Of a stretch of DNA of 64,000 bases, positions 50,449-60,003 are shown piece after piece (position 1 is the first letter of the stretch; every line of letters begins with the position of its first letter). Made by a program: the position numbers and the translations under genes. The stretch covers positions 2,912,001-2,976,000 of the forward strand of contig JASGJH010000001.1 in NCBI GenBank assembly GCA_047601445.1, given 5' to 3'. The DNA is from Myxococcales bacterium (GTDB lineage Bacteria; Myxococcota_A; Polyangia; Polyangiales; DASUME01). Under the pieces are notes generated by a model, which did not search any database, was not told where the DNA came from, and saw only the letters and a program-made list of their open reading frames with translations.

Positions 50449-51528
50449 ATGAAGGTTCTCAGGGAGTCTGACCGTCTTCATCCCTATCCACGCGGTTGGT
50501 ATGCGGTAGGCACGGGCTTCGATCTCAAGCCCGGCGAGCTGCGCCACACGGCGTTCATGGGGCAACAGCTGATTTACTTCCGTACCGAATCTGGGACGGT
50601 CAACGCACTGGACGCGTACTGCAAGCACGCGGGGACGCACCTTGGACATGGTGGCAAGGTCAAAGGGGAGATGGTGGTTTGCCCCTATCACCACTTCCAC
50701 TGGGGCAGCGATGGCAAGCTCGCGCACGTGCCAGGCATGACCAAGTGTCCACGCCTGCAGCAGAAGAGCTTCCCCGTCGACGAGAAGTGGGGCTACGTCA
50801 TGGTCTGGCACGACCCAGACGGCGGGCCTCCAAACTGGACCGTGCCCGCAGTGGTCGACACCAAGACCTGGTCCAACCCGCTGATCGAGAACCGCATTCT
50901 CGACGTGCATCCGGTAGACGTGGCCGAGAACTCGTCAGACATGCGCCACTTCCACGCGCTGCATCACAACGACTTCAACCTCCAAGAAATTTACGCGGTC
51001 GACGCGGACCACTTCCACGCGCTCTACACAGGCAAGGTGCTCGAGGAGAACAAGGGCCTCGAGTTCTACCATCGCATCGCCCATGGCGTGATGGACGTGC
51101 ACCTGTATGGACTCGGCGTGCTCACCGTGCAGGTGACCCTGCCCGACATGGGCCTCGGGTTCCATTACATGGTGTCACCGCTCCCTCTCGACGAGAACCG
51201 CACGCAGCTGATGATTGGCGTGAACATGCGGCGCAGCTTCGAGTTCAAGGGTAAGTGGCTCGACCGCGCCCTGCCGGGACTCAACGGACGCATCAGGCTC
51301 CCCTTCGTGGACCGGTTGGTCCACCTGTGGCGCCAGGACTTCCTGCGCAGTCAGCTGGAGGACGAGCCCATCTGGGGCCACAAGGTGTACATGGCGGAAC
51401 CCGGCTTCATGGATCCTCCCGTGCAAGTCTTCCGCAAGTGGGCCGCCGGCATCGTGAAGCCGCTCAACCCGGACGCGCGCCACAGCAACGGTGGCGGCAA
51501 GCGCTCGCTACCCGTCACCGACGTGTGA
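50449..51528 (+). CDS. Rieske non-heme iron oxygenase, Neverland/DAF-36/KshA sterol-type group
   Basis: YPRGWY, CKH...CPYH Rieske ligands, ENSSDMRHFHALH, ED..IW.HK.Y...P. Confidence 0.85.
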   Translation: MKVLRESDRLHPYPRGWYAVGTGFDLKPGELRHTAFMGQQLIYFRTESGTVNALDAYCKHAGTHLGHGGKVKGEMVVCPYHHFHWGSDGKLAHVPGMTKCPRLQQKSFPVDEKWGYVMVWHDPDGGPPNWTVPAVVDTKTWSNPLIENRILDVHPVDVAENSSDMRHFHALHHNDFNLQEIYAVDADHFHALYTGKVLEENKGLEFYHRIAHGVMDVHLYGLGVLTVQVTLPDMGLGFHYMVSPLPLDENRTQLMIGVNMRRSFEFKGKWLDRALPGLNGRIRLPFVDRLVHLWRQDFLRSQLEDEPIWGHKVYMAEPGFMDPPVQVFRKWAAGIVKPLNPDARHSNGGGKRSLPVTDV

Positions 51529-51563
51529 CTCCTGCGTGCTCGAGGCCACACTCGTAGTGCACG

Positions 51564-52571
51564 CTACTCGGGCTTGCGGCACAGAATCTGATAGCTGGTG
51601 GTGGCGAGCCCGAGCTGATTGGCGGTCACGAAGGCCTCACCTCCCGCGCCCAGTCGCTGGAACAGCGGCACGAAGTGGGCAGGGACCAGGTGGGCCTTGA
51701 CGCCGAGGCGCATGCCCCGCCGCAAGAGGCCATAGTGCTTGCGCTCGCCCTTGATGAGCTCGCTCTGGTGCCCGCCCAAGCTCGCGTCGCGACTCGAGGT
51801 CACCGCGAACCCTGCTGAGGCCATGGCCTGCTCCACCTCGCCTGGAGACGGCGTGTCCACGGCTCCGATCACTTCGCGCGTCTGCTGCATGATAGAAGCG
51901 TGTTCTTCGTTGTCGGGATCGAAGGCTGGCAGGCGCACCCAGTCGAGATACGAGAACGACGCGCCCGGCTTGAGCACGCGGAAGAGCTCGTCGAATACGG
52001 CGCGCTTGTTCTTGGCGTAGGTGAAGGCCTGAATCTCGTAGCCACCGTCGAAGCTCGCATCGGGAAACGGCAGGCGGTCGTTCAAGTTGCCCTGGATGAA
52101 CGCGGTGCGCTCGTGGAGTCCCTGCAAACGTGCGTGGGATTTCGCGTTGTGGATTTGCCCGGGATCCACGTTCAAGCCCGTCACGTGCGCACCCGAGTGG
52201 CGAGCCACGTGGGCGGCCACGCGTCCTCGACCGCAACCGACGTCGAGCACACGTGTGCCCACGCTGGCGCGGATTTGCCGCATCATGCGCCGCTCGAACA
52301 ACTCTTGATTGCCCTTCACGCCGGCATGCTGGTCGAGCAGGGGCGGGAAGTACATCTTCTCCACGTTGCCCAGAGCGCAGAGGTGATTGAGGACGCGGTA
52401 GTAGTCGATGATGTGACCGTCATGCTTGCCGTTCTGATGGCTCCAGTCTCCGTCGAACAAGACGTAGGATTCCAGGAAGGCATCCAGATGGCACGGCTCG
52501 ATGGAGTAGAGCCAGCGCAACGAACTGAGCCGGGTCTTCAAGGTGTAGAGATCGACGCCTAGTACACTCAT
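51564..52571 (-). CDS. ERG6/SMT-like (STRM-1-like) SAM methyltransferase
   Basis: DYY, VLDVGCG.G, VTGLN...Q, LPFPDASFD.Y.IQA..YA, FRVLKPG..F..LDW, FDPDNEEH, C-terminal L.P.......G..T......RKP. Confidence 0.7.
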   Translation of the reverse strand: MSVLGVDLYTLKTRLSSLRWLYSIEPCHLDAFLESYVLFDGDWSHQNGKHDGHIIDYYRVLNHLCALGNVEKMYFPPLLDQHAGVKGNQELFERRMMRQIRASVGTRVLDVGCGRGRVAAHVARHSGAHVTGLNVDPGQIHNAKSHARLQGLHERTAFIQGNLNDRLPFPDASFDGGYEIQAFTYAKNKRAVFDELFRVLKPGASFSYLDWVRLPAFDPDNEEHASIMQQTREVIGAVDTPSPGEVEQAMASAGFAVTSSRDASLGGHQSELIKGERKHYGLLRRGMRLGVKAHLVPAHFVPLFQRLGAGGEAFVTANQLGLATTSYQILCRKPE

Positions 52572-52837
52572 GGTCGACAGCTCCTGCGGCGGCAGAGGGA
52601 TGCCGCTACACCACCTTCACCCTTCCATGCTGGTTTGGAGCGCGCACGCATGGGCGGCCGCTGCCCCTGCTTTTCGTCCAAGACCGCACAATTGCGGGCG
52701 CCCACGGCGGCGCTGGCGCTGCATGAAATCGTCCGCGACTTGGGGTGAAGTGGACGCTTGAGCTGAACAATCGGTGTCGCGGCTCGTGTTAGGGACCGCC
52801 TCCCACGCAACCCCTTGGCCTCGAGGTTCCTCTCCCC

Positions 52838-54172
52838 ATGCACGGCAAGTACATCACCCCCACCCTGGCGCTCGCCCTTACTGCCAACCTCGCCTGCGGG
52901 TGTCCCCCGGACCTCCAAGATCGGGGCGCGCTCGATGAAAACGACGGTGACATGCAGCCCGACGCGGGGGGCACCTGCCAATCGCTCACCATCGGGAACG
53001 GCAAGCTCGACCTGCTCTTCGTGATCGATAACTCGGGGTCGATGGCGCAGGAGCAACTCAAGCTCGCCGAGCAAATTCCTGGCCTACTGAGGAGCCTGAC
53101 GATGGGTCAGGCCGCCGACGGCAGCACGTTCATGCCCATGCGCGACATCCACGTGGGCGTGGTCACCTCGGACATGGGCCTGAGCGGCAGCCAGCTGCAG
53201 TTGCCCCCGAGCTGCCTGGGCTTCGGCGATGATGGCGTGCTGCGCAAGGGCGGCGCGTCTTGCTCCAGCGCGGCGCCCTCGGGCTACCTGAGCTACACGC
53301 CCGAACAGAACAACTTCGAGCAGACACTCACCGACCTGTCGTGCCTGGCCGCGGTCGGAACCAGCGGCTGCGGGTTCGAGCAACAGCTCGAGGCCATGTA
53401 CAAGGCGCTCGCTCCCGCCAGCGTAAAGACGTTCGGGCAAGGCACGGCGGGCCACGGCGACCTCGAGAATCAGGGTTTCCTGCGCGCTGATGCCGCGTTG
53501 GCCATCGTGCAACTGAGCGACGAGGAAGACTGCTCTGTGACTCCGCAGGGCGAAGTGCTCTTCGACGACCCCACCAGCCATCCGGCGGTGAGATTCCCTG
53601 GCACCTCGCAGAACCTCGGCCTCAACATCCGCTGCGCATACGGTGATCCCGACGAGCGCGAGAGCCAGGTCGAAAAGGCCGGCTTGATTCACCCGATCAC
53701 TCGCTACGTGCAGGAGTTCAAGCGCGACGTGAAGCCCAACAATCCGGACAGCGTCGCGTTCATCGCCATCGTGGGGATCCCGGACGGCACCGAGGGCATG
53801 GCGCCGGCGGACATCTTGAATCACCCGAGCATGGGCTTCGCCGTGGATCCTCAGACAGGCGGCGGCGATCCCACCAACCGCAACACGGCGGCGCGCGATG
53901 TCTGTCGTCAGTGCGTCGGGTTGTCCGCTGAGGACTGCATGAAGCAGCCGGTGATCTCGCAGGATCAGAACGGAAGCTTCGTTTCCAATCCCCAGCTCAT
54001 CACCGGCGCCAAACCCGGTGTGCGCTTCGTGAAGGTGGCCCAGGCCTTCGGCGAGCACGGCTCGGTGCGGTCGATTTGCGCCGAGAGCTACGCACCGGCG
54101 GTCGATCACCTGGTGCAGAAAATCGCGCAACTTCCGAGCGCCACGCCGGGCAACACCGGCTGCGCTCCTTGA
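52838..54172 (+). CDS. vWA-domain lipoprotein (myxobacterial, CglB/CglD-like family)
   Basis: DLLFVIDNSGSM MIDAS, HVGVVTSD, GCGFEQQLE, FLR.DA.L....SDEEDCS, SIC. Confidence 0.85.
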   Translation: MHGKYITPTLALALTANLACGCPPDLQDRGALDENDGDMQPDAGGTCQSLTIGNGKLDLLFVIDNSGSMAQEQLKLAEQIPGLLRSLTMGQAADGSTFMPMRDIHVGVVTSDMGLSGSQLQLPPSCLGFGDDGVLRKGGASCSSAAPSGYLSYTPEQNNFEQTLTDLSCLAAVGTSGCGFEQQLEAMYKALAPASVKTFGQGTAGHGDLENQGFLRADAALAIVQLSDEEDCSVTPQGEVLFDDPTSHPAVRFPGTSQNLGLNIRCAYGDPDERESQVEKAGLIHPITRYVQEFKRDVKPNNPDSVAFIAIVGIPDGTEGMAPADILNHPSMGFAVDPQTGGGDPTNRNTAARDVCRQCVGLSAEDCMKQPVISQDQNGSFVSNPQLITGAKPGVRFVKVAQAFGEHGSVRSICAESYAPAVDHLVQKIAQLPSATPGNTGCAP

Positions 54173-54235
54173 GCGATTGAGCACGCGAGCGCGAAGCGGT
54201 AAACCCGTGTTGCTTCCGACCAGGACGACAAGCCC

Positions 54236-55036
54236 ATGAACCCTGTCCGCATCGCGCTCGCCAACCTTCCCTACCCGAGCTCACCAACCGAGTCCCTCGA
54301 GCGCGCACTGAACGTGCTCCCCGAGGCGGCCGCGGCGGGCGCAGCCGTGGTGTGCTTTCCCGAAGCCTATGTGCCCGGCTATCGCTGTTGGCCCAATCGT
54401 CCGCGTCCCGCGCCGGACCCGGCGTTCCTCGAATCGGCTCATGCGGCGGTCGCACGCGCCGCGGGTGATGCGGGCATCGCGGTCGTGCTGGGCAGCGAGC
54501 GGATGGTGGCAGGGAAACTGCGCTTGACGGCGCTCGTGATCGCGGCCGATGGCCATGTGCTCGGCTATCAGGACAAGGTGCAGCTCGATCCGGGTGACGA
54601 AGACGCGACCTACGAACCCGGTAGCGAGCGCAGGCTCTTTCAAGTAGGCCCGCTTTGCTTCGGCATCGCCATTTGCCACGAGGGCTTTCGCTATCCCGAG
54701 ACGGTGCGCTGGGCCGCTCGCCGGGGCGCACAGCTGGTCTTCCATCCGCACTACTCGGAGGCCGAGCCGGGCGCCTTCCGCCCCTCGAGCTACGCCGACC
54801 CGCGCAACAGCTTCCACGAGAAGGCACTGCTGTGCCGAGCCGCCGAGAACACGTGCTTCGTGGCCAGCGTGAACTGCGCGGGCGAGGGCTCACCCACCAC
54901 GTCCGCGGTGGCGCGACCCGACGGCAGCCTGCTCTGCCATCAACCCTACGGAGTGCCCGGCCTGTTGCTCGCCGATCTCGACCTGGGTGAGGCGACCGGC
55001 ACCTTGGCCAAGCGCCTGCGCCCGGGCTTCGACTAA
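54236..55036 (+). CDS. Carbon-nitrogen hydrolase (nitrilase superfamily)
   Basis: FPE, QDK, ICHE catalytic triad; RAAEN. Confidence 0.92.
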   Translation: MNPVRIALANLPYPSSPTESLERALNVLPEAAAAGAAVVCFPEAYVPGYRCWPNRPRPAPDPAFLESAHAAVARAAGDAGIAVVLGSERMVAGKLRLTALVIAADGHVLGYQDKVQLDPGDEDATYEPGSERRLFQVGPLCFGIAICHEGFRYPETVRWAARRGAQLVFHPHYSEAEPGAFRPSSYADPRNSFHEKALLCRAAENTCFVASVNCAGEGSPTTSAVARPDGSLLCHQPYGVPGLLLADLDLGEATGTLAKRLRPGFD

Positions 55037-56121
55037 TCCTGCCAGCGCAACGATGCCTCGAAGTCCCGCAGCGCGTGCAACAACTCATCGCTGATCTGGT
55101 GCGTGATCCAGTGATCCACGCCCGCGAAGCGCTTCACCTGCAGGTGCTCCACGTAGTCCGGCAGGTGATCGAGCTGGCTCGCGGTGACGAAGCTGTCGTC
55201 GAGCCCCCACAGGACCAACGTCGGCGTGGTGATGGTGACGCCGGTGGGAAGCCGCACCTCGGGCTCGAGGTTCGCCTGGAACCATTTGCTCATGCTCGCC
55301 ACCACATCGGGCTGTCCCCAGGCTGCGTGGTAGGCGTCGCGCTCTGCGGGGCTCAGGTGAGGTCCAAGCTGCAGCTCCACGAACCCGAGTGCAAAGTCGG
55401 CGAGGGGACCCGAGACCAGTGGCACGTAGTTGGCCGAGGCCTGAGCTTGCACGGAGTCGACCTCGGGATGCCCCCAGATGTCGGGATGGGGCCCGTTCAT
55501 GACGACCAAGCCGCGCAGACGCTCGGGGTGACGATGCGCGTACACGAACGCGACGAGACCGCCCCAATCATGGCCCACCAGCAGCACCTGACGCTCCCCC
55601 GAGGCCTCGATCAAACCTTCGAGATCCGAAACCAGATGATCCACCAGGTAGGCGTCCACTTCGTTCGGCTTGTCGGAGAGGTTGTAGCCGCGTTGGTCGG
55701 GCGCGATCACTCGGAAGCCGGCCGCCGCGAGCGGCGCGGCCAGCTCGGTCCAGGCCAAGTGGAGCTCGGGGTAGCCATGCAGAAAGACGATCGCCGGCCC
55801 GCTGCCCTGACAAGCGACCTGGAGGTTGAGTTCGCCCACGTCCACCATGCTGGTGGCGAACCGGTCATCGGCGCATGGAAAGCGTGCCTGGTGCCGTAGG
55901 GGGCTCGGGCCCGCGTCCTCCTCGGCGCTAGCATCGACGACCTTTCCACCGCTTTCATCATCGGCAGCGCTTGATTCCGGGTCTTCGCCGACCGCGGCGG
56001 GCTCGACCTCGGCGTCCGACGTATTCGCGGGCGGGTCTCGATCGGGGTGATGGGGGACCTTGGTGCAAGCCAGGGAGGCGGAGCAGAGACAAGCGAAGCC
56101 AAGCGCAGCGTGGGGCGTCAT
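55033..56121 (-). CDS. Epoxide hydrolase-like alpha/beta hydrolase, lipoprotein
   Basis: SLAC lipobox, HGYPE, DQRGYN.SDKP, GHDWGG, DHW. Confidence 0.88.
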   Translation of the reverse strand: MTPHAALGFACLCSASLACTKVPHHPDRDPPANTSDAEVEPAAVGEDPESSAADDESGGKVVDASAEEDAGPSPLRHQARFPCADDRFATSMVDVGELNLQVACQGSGPAIVFLHGYPELHLAWTELAAPLAAAGFRVIAPDQRGYNLSDKPNEVDAYLVDHLVSDLEGLIEASGERQVLLVGHDWGGLVAFVYAHRHPERLRGLVVMNGPHPDIWGHPEVDSVQAQASANYVPLVSGPLADFALGFVELQLGPHLSPAERDAYHAAWGQPDVVASMSKWFQANLEPEVRLPTGVTITTPTLVLWGLDDSFVTASQLDHLPDYVEHLQVKRFAGVDHWITHQISDELLHALRDFEASLRWQD

Positions 56122-56215
56122 GAGCACTCCAATCAGCGCACCATGGGGCCCGAGCGTCAGCCGCCACAAGCGATCAATCGTGACCTAAAGGTAAGAGGAG
56201 CTAATCTATCTACCG

Positions 56216-57130
56216 ATGCAGCCCGTCTTGCCCCCCTTGAACTTCTTGCCTGCCTTCGAAGCCGCCGGTCGCCTGGGCAGCTTCAAGCAGGCCGCTCAGG
56301 AGCTCCACCTCACGCCCTCCGCTGTCAGTCAGCAGATGAAGCTGCTCGAGGGCGCGCTGGGGATCTCCCTGTTCGCCCGGGAGGGACGCAGCATCAAGCT
56401 CACCCAGGCCGGCGAGAGCTACCTGCGCGACGTGCAGCGCGTTCTCACGGACCTCGGCCTCGCGAGCAAGCGACTCCATGCGCGCAAGGAGAAGGGCGTG
56501 CTGCGCTTGAACACCATCGACTTCGTGGCGTACGAGTTCTTGGTGCCCCGCTTGGCCTCGTTTCGACAGCAATTTCCCGATGTGGAGCTGCGGCTCGAGA
56601 CCAGCGTTAGCTTGATCGACTTCACCAACAGCGACGTCGACGCGGTGATCCGCGTGGGGGGCGGTCCCTGGCCGGGTCTCAACTGGATCCCCTTCGGCAG
56701 CGTCACCGCGACCCCGGTGTGCAGCGCCGACCTCGCGCGCAAGATACGCACCCCCGAGCAGCTGCTGACCCATCCGCTGATCGAGCTGCGCGGCCAGGAA
56801 TATCGTGGCTGGCACGCACTCGCTCAGGGCCTCGGCCGCCAGGGGGCGCGTCTGAACATCACCACGTTCGATACCTACTTCGAGACCTTGCGCGCGGCCG
56901 AGGCGGGCCTCGGCGTGGCCCTGGCTGTGTTTCCGCTTACGAGCGAGTGGGTGCTGCGTCGACGCCTGTGCGTGCCGCTCGCGCAGCGCACGCCGCTCCC
57001 GGGCTCGATCGCGCTGGTGCATCCGCCCGTAACCAAGTTTCGCAAGCTGTTCGCGCCCATGGGCAAGTGGCTCGCGGACCAATACGCGGCGCTGCCCGCG
57101 CTGCCGGCAGGTCGCATCGTGAAGAAGTGA
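56216..57130 (+). CDS. LysR-family regulator (GcvA-like)
   Basis: LPPLN.L.AFEAAGRLGSF..AA.EL.LTPSAVSQQ...LE. Confidence 0.93.
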   Translation: MQPVLPPLNFLPAFEAAGRLGSFKQAAQELHLTPSAVSQQMKLLEGALGISLFAREGRSIKLTQAGESYLRDVQRVLTDLGLASKRLHARKEKGVLRLNTIDFVAYEFLVPRLASFRQQFPDVELRLETSVSLIDFTNSDVDAVIRVGGGPWPGLNWIPFGSVTATPVCSADLARKIRTPEQLLTHPLIELRGQEYRGWHALAQGLGRQGARLNITTFDTYFETLRAAEAGLGVALAVFPLTSEWVLRRRLCVPLAQRTPLPGSIALVHPPVTKFRKLFAPMGKWLADQYAALPALPAGRIVKK

Positions 57131-57215
57131 CGCGGCTGGCGGACGGGGTGATCGCGATGGGCCGAGGCTCAGGAGGATTGTACTCGGGGCCGGGCACGAC
57201 GTTACGATCGAAGAC

Positions 57216-58343
57216 ATGCGTTCATTGCAGGAGCAGGTCGCGGGCACCATCGCGCAGACCGATCCCATTCGTCGAAACCTGAAGATCACCCTCACCTACC
57301 ACCGCATCCTGCATGCGATGAAGTCGTTGACCGGCGCCGTCGACGTGTCGTGGCCCGCCTACGCCGTGTGGGCGAGCCGAACCGTGGGCCACTACGTACG
57401 CGCCGAGGAGATCCCGAAGCTGGCACGAGGCTTCGTGGAGGAGGCCGACCTGGTGTCACGTTTTTTGGCGTCCATCGACGCTGATCGCGCGGAGCTCGGC
57501 GCGCTGCTGACCTTGCCAGCCACGTTTCTGCACGCGGCCATCGAGCAAGTGACCGAGGAGATCCCGGCGCAGCTCGGCGAAGGCAATCGTCTGGTGTTCG
57601 AGGAGCTGGGGCCGGCCTATATGACCTTCCTCGAAGCCTTCGCCAGCCACCCGCGCGGCGACCTCGGCGTGCTCGAAGCTTACCTCGCTCGCTATCGTCC
57701 TGGGCGCCCCGAAGACGGCGGGCAGACCATGCTGGCCCGCGCCTTCGCGGCTTACCACGAGGCCATGCGCGCGGAGCACCCGCAGCAGCGCGCGGAGTGG
57801 ATGTTGCTCGCGAACCTCACCACCGGCTACCACGAGCAGATCCGGCTCCAGGGGCCCATCGCGAAGGCCCTCGACGCGAGGCTCTCGGAGCGCGTGGTGG
57901 CCCACCTCGAGACCACGGGCCATGGCATTTCGGCGAGCTTGTTGAGGAGCCTGGTGCGCGTGGCGCCGCACATCCTCGACGACGTGGAGCATGCCTGGCG
58001 CAACGCGGCCACCACGTTCTTCATGACCCTGAGGTTGCCGGACGCCGAGTTTCGCCTGGGCGCCGACGTGCCGCCGCTGCCCGACGGTCGCGCCTTTCCC
58101 CTCGACGTCACCAACCTCTCGCTGCCCGATCTCCACACGTTGCTAGCGGAGCTCGACCAGACGCCGAACGCACTGCGGGGCTCCCGGGCGCACGACTGGA
58201 GCGTGCTCGGCGACCGGATGAACTTCATCGTCGACGTGTTCCGTTCGCGACAGCAGCATGCACCGCTGTTCGACCCGCCGTTCGACGCCGCGCAGATGGC
58301 GGAGATCGACGCCGACCGGCTGCCGGGCGGTGAGCTGTTTTGA
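57216..58343 (+). CDS. Conserved-looking helical hypothetical protein
   Basis: RNL.IT..Y, W..YA.WAS, GN..VF.E, HEQ.RLQ, DW.....RM.FI..F. Confidence 0.75.
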   Translation: MRSLQEQVAGTIAQTDPIRRNLKITLTYHRILHAMKSLTGAVDVSWPAYAVWASRTVGHYVRAEEIPKLARGFVEEADLVSRFLASIDADRAELGALLTLPATFLHAAIEQVTEEIPAQLGEGNRLVFEELGPAYMTFLEAFASHPRGDLGVLEAYLARYRPGRPEDGGQTMLARAFAAYHEAMRAEHPQQRAEWMLLANLTTGYHEQIRLQGPIAKALDARLSERVVAHLETTGHGISASLLRSLVRVAPHILDDVEHAWRNAATTFFMTLRLPDAEFRLGADVPPLPDGRAFPLDVTNLSLPDLHTLLAELDQTPNALRGSRAHDWSVLGDRMNFIVDVFRSRQQHAPLFDPPFDAAQMAEIDADRLPGGELF

Positions 58344-58349
58344 GTCCTT

Positions 58350-58874
58350 TCAGGGCTGAAGCAAGAGGTCCGACGAGACTTGAAAGCGCTGCACTCGCAT
58401 CGCTCCCATTTCTCCCACCAGCAGAAACGATTCAACGACCTGATCCGCCTTCGCATAGCGGGTCTTGAAAGCCAACTGGACGCGCCAGCCGGGACCTGTT
58501 CCCACGTTGCGATTCCAAGCCAGGCTCTTCGGATCGAAGGTGAAATCTCCGCGCGGCCCAAGGCGCTCATTCACCAGCCGGAAGATCATGAAGACCCGCT
58601 GAACCTCCTCGGGAGGCCAGTCAGCCGTGTGGGCGCGAACGCAAGCCTCGTCCAATGCCAAACCACAGCGGAAAAAGGCATTGCTTTGGGAGATTGCCTC
58701 GTCACGAATCTCGTCGATCTTCCCGAAGCTGGCAGCGAAATTAATGGCCATGATCGCGCCCAAGAGGGCGATCACGGAACCGAGAGCGATGAGAACCTTG
58801 AGGAGGCACCCCCCCTTCGTGCCCCGCCGACGATCCTGAGGAGAGATTGAGAGAACCTCGCGCGGTTCAGCCAT
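58350..58874 (-). CDS. Single-TM hypothetical protein (DUF4019-like)
   Basis: RRR.TKGGCLL + TM, then LG.R.....F.TRY.K..V.ESF. Confidence 0.55.
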   Translation of the reverse strand: MAEPREVLSISPQDRRRGTKGGCLLKVLIALGSVIALLGAIMAINFAASFGKIDEIRDEAISQSNAFFRCGLALDEACVRAHTADWPPEEVQRVFMIFRLVNERLGPRGDFTFDPKSLAWNRNVGTGPGWRVQLAFKTRYAKADQVVESFLLVGEMGAMRVQRFQVSSDLLLQP

Positions 58875-59012
58875 TGGCAGGAGTATGCAGGAAGCGGACG
58901 TAGTCGTTCCGGAAAAGTTAGACCGCCTTGTAGACGAGCACAGGCTCGAGCCGTCGCGGTCTTTTTTGCTTCCTCGACGTATCCTTTGGGGGCCCTCGCG
59001 TGTCGTCCTGCC

Positions 59013-59996
59013 ATGAGTCCATCGTCCAAATCCGCAAACCCGCCCCCATTGCCCGAGGCCGTCGGCCAGACCTGGCGCGCCTTTCTCGAGCAATACGAGC
59101 CGCTTAGGCCCGAGCTCTACCGCTATTGTCGCTATCTGACCCGGAGCCCTTGGGAAGCGGACGACCTGGTGCAAGAGGCGCTCATGCGCACGTTCGTGAC
59201 CCTGGGTTGCATCCATCAGGAGGTCCACAACCCGCGTGCCTGGCTGTTTCGAATCGCCTCGAACCTGTGGCTGAATCGCCTGCGCGACGAGCGCGAGATT
59301 CCCGTGGCCACGACGCCGCAACCCGAGGCATCCGAGGCCGACGCGCGAGCGACTCGTGAGGCCGCTGGCGTACTCATCGCGGGTCTCGCGCCGCAAGAGC
59401 GGGCTGCCGTGGTGCTCAAGGATGTCTTCGACATGAGCCTCGAGGAGACCGCCGATGCCCTCTCGACGAGCGTGGGCGCGGTGAAGGCTGCACTGCATCG
59501 GGGCCGCGGCAAGCTGGCCGATCCCGAGCCGAGCTATACGGCGCTGCCCGCTCCCGCCGTGCTCGACGCTTTCTGCGCGGCCTTCAATGCGCGTGATCTC
59601 GAGCGCGTGACCTCGCTCTTGCTGGAGAACGTGGTGCTCGAGTTCCCGGGCCTGTCCCTGGAGTACGGCGTCGAAACAGCCAAGCGCGGCTCGCTCTCGG
59701 GGGTGTTGTACGGCAATCCGTCCTCCGACTTCAGCGGCATCGCGCCGGCCTACCGCGAGGGCATCGGCTCCACGCCGCCACGCCTCGAGCTGCGCTGCCA
59801 TCGCGGCGAATGGCTGATGCTCGGCTGGTTCGAGCACACCGAAGGCGACGCCGTGCGCGCCATCTCGCGGGTCACGCTGGTAGGGGACCGCATTGCGCAC
59901 TTGCGCACCTACTTGCATGCTCCCGACGTCCTGGCCGAGCTCTGCAAGGAACTCGCCGTCCCGTTCCGAAGCAGCGGATATCGCTACTGGTGGTGA
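59013..59996 (+). CDS. ECF sigma factor with SnoaL-like C-terminal extension
   Basis: DDLVQE, WLFRIA.N, VLKDVF, VKAALHRGR, F..AFNARD. Confidence 0.9.
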   Translation: MSPSSKSANPPPLPEAVGQTWRAFLEQYEPLRPELYRYCRYLTRSPWEADDLVQEALMRTFVTLGCIHQEVHNPRAWLFRIASNLWLNRLRDEREIPVATTPQPEASEADARATREAAGVLIAGLAPQERAAVVLKDVFDMSLEETADALSTSVGAVKAALHRGRGKLADPEPSYTALPAPAVLDAFCAAFNARDLERVTSLLLENVVLEFPGLSLEYGVETAKRGSLSGVLYGNPSSDFSGIAPAYREGIGSTPPRLELRCHRGEWLMLGWFEHTEGDAVRAISRVTLVGDRIAHLRTYLHAPDVLAELCKELAVPFRSSGYRYWW

Positions 59997-60003
59997 GGGA
60001 TCC

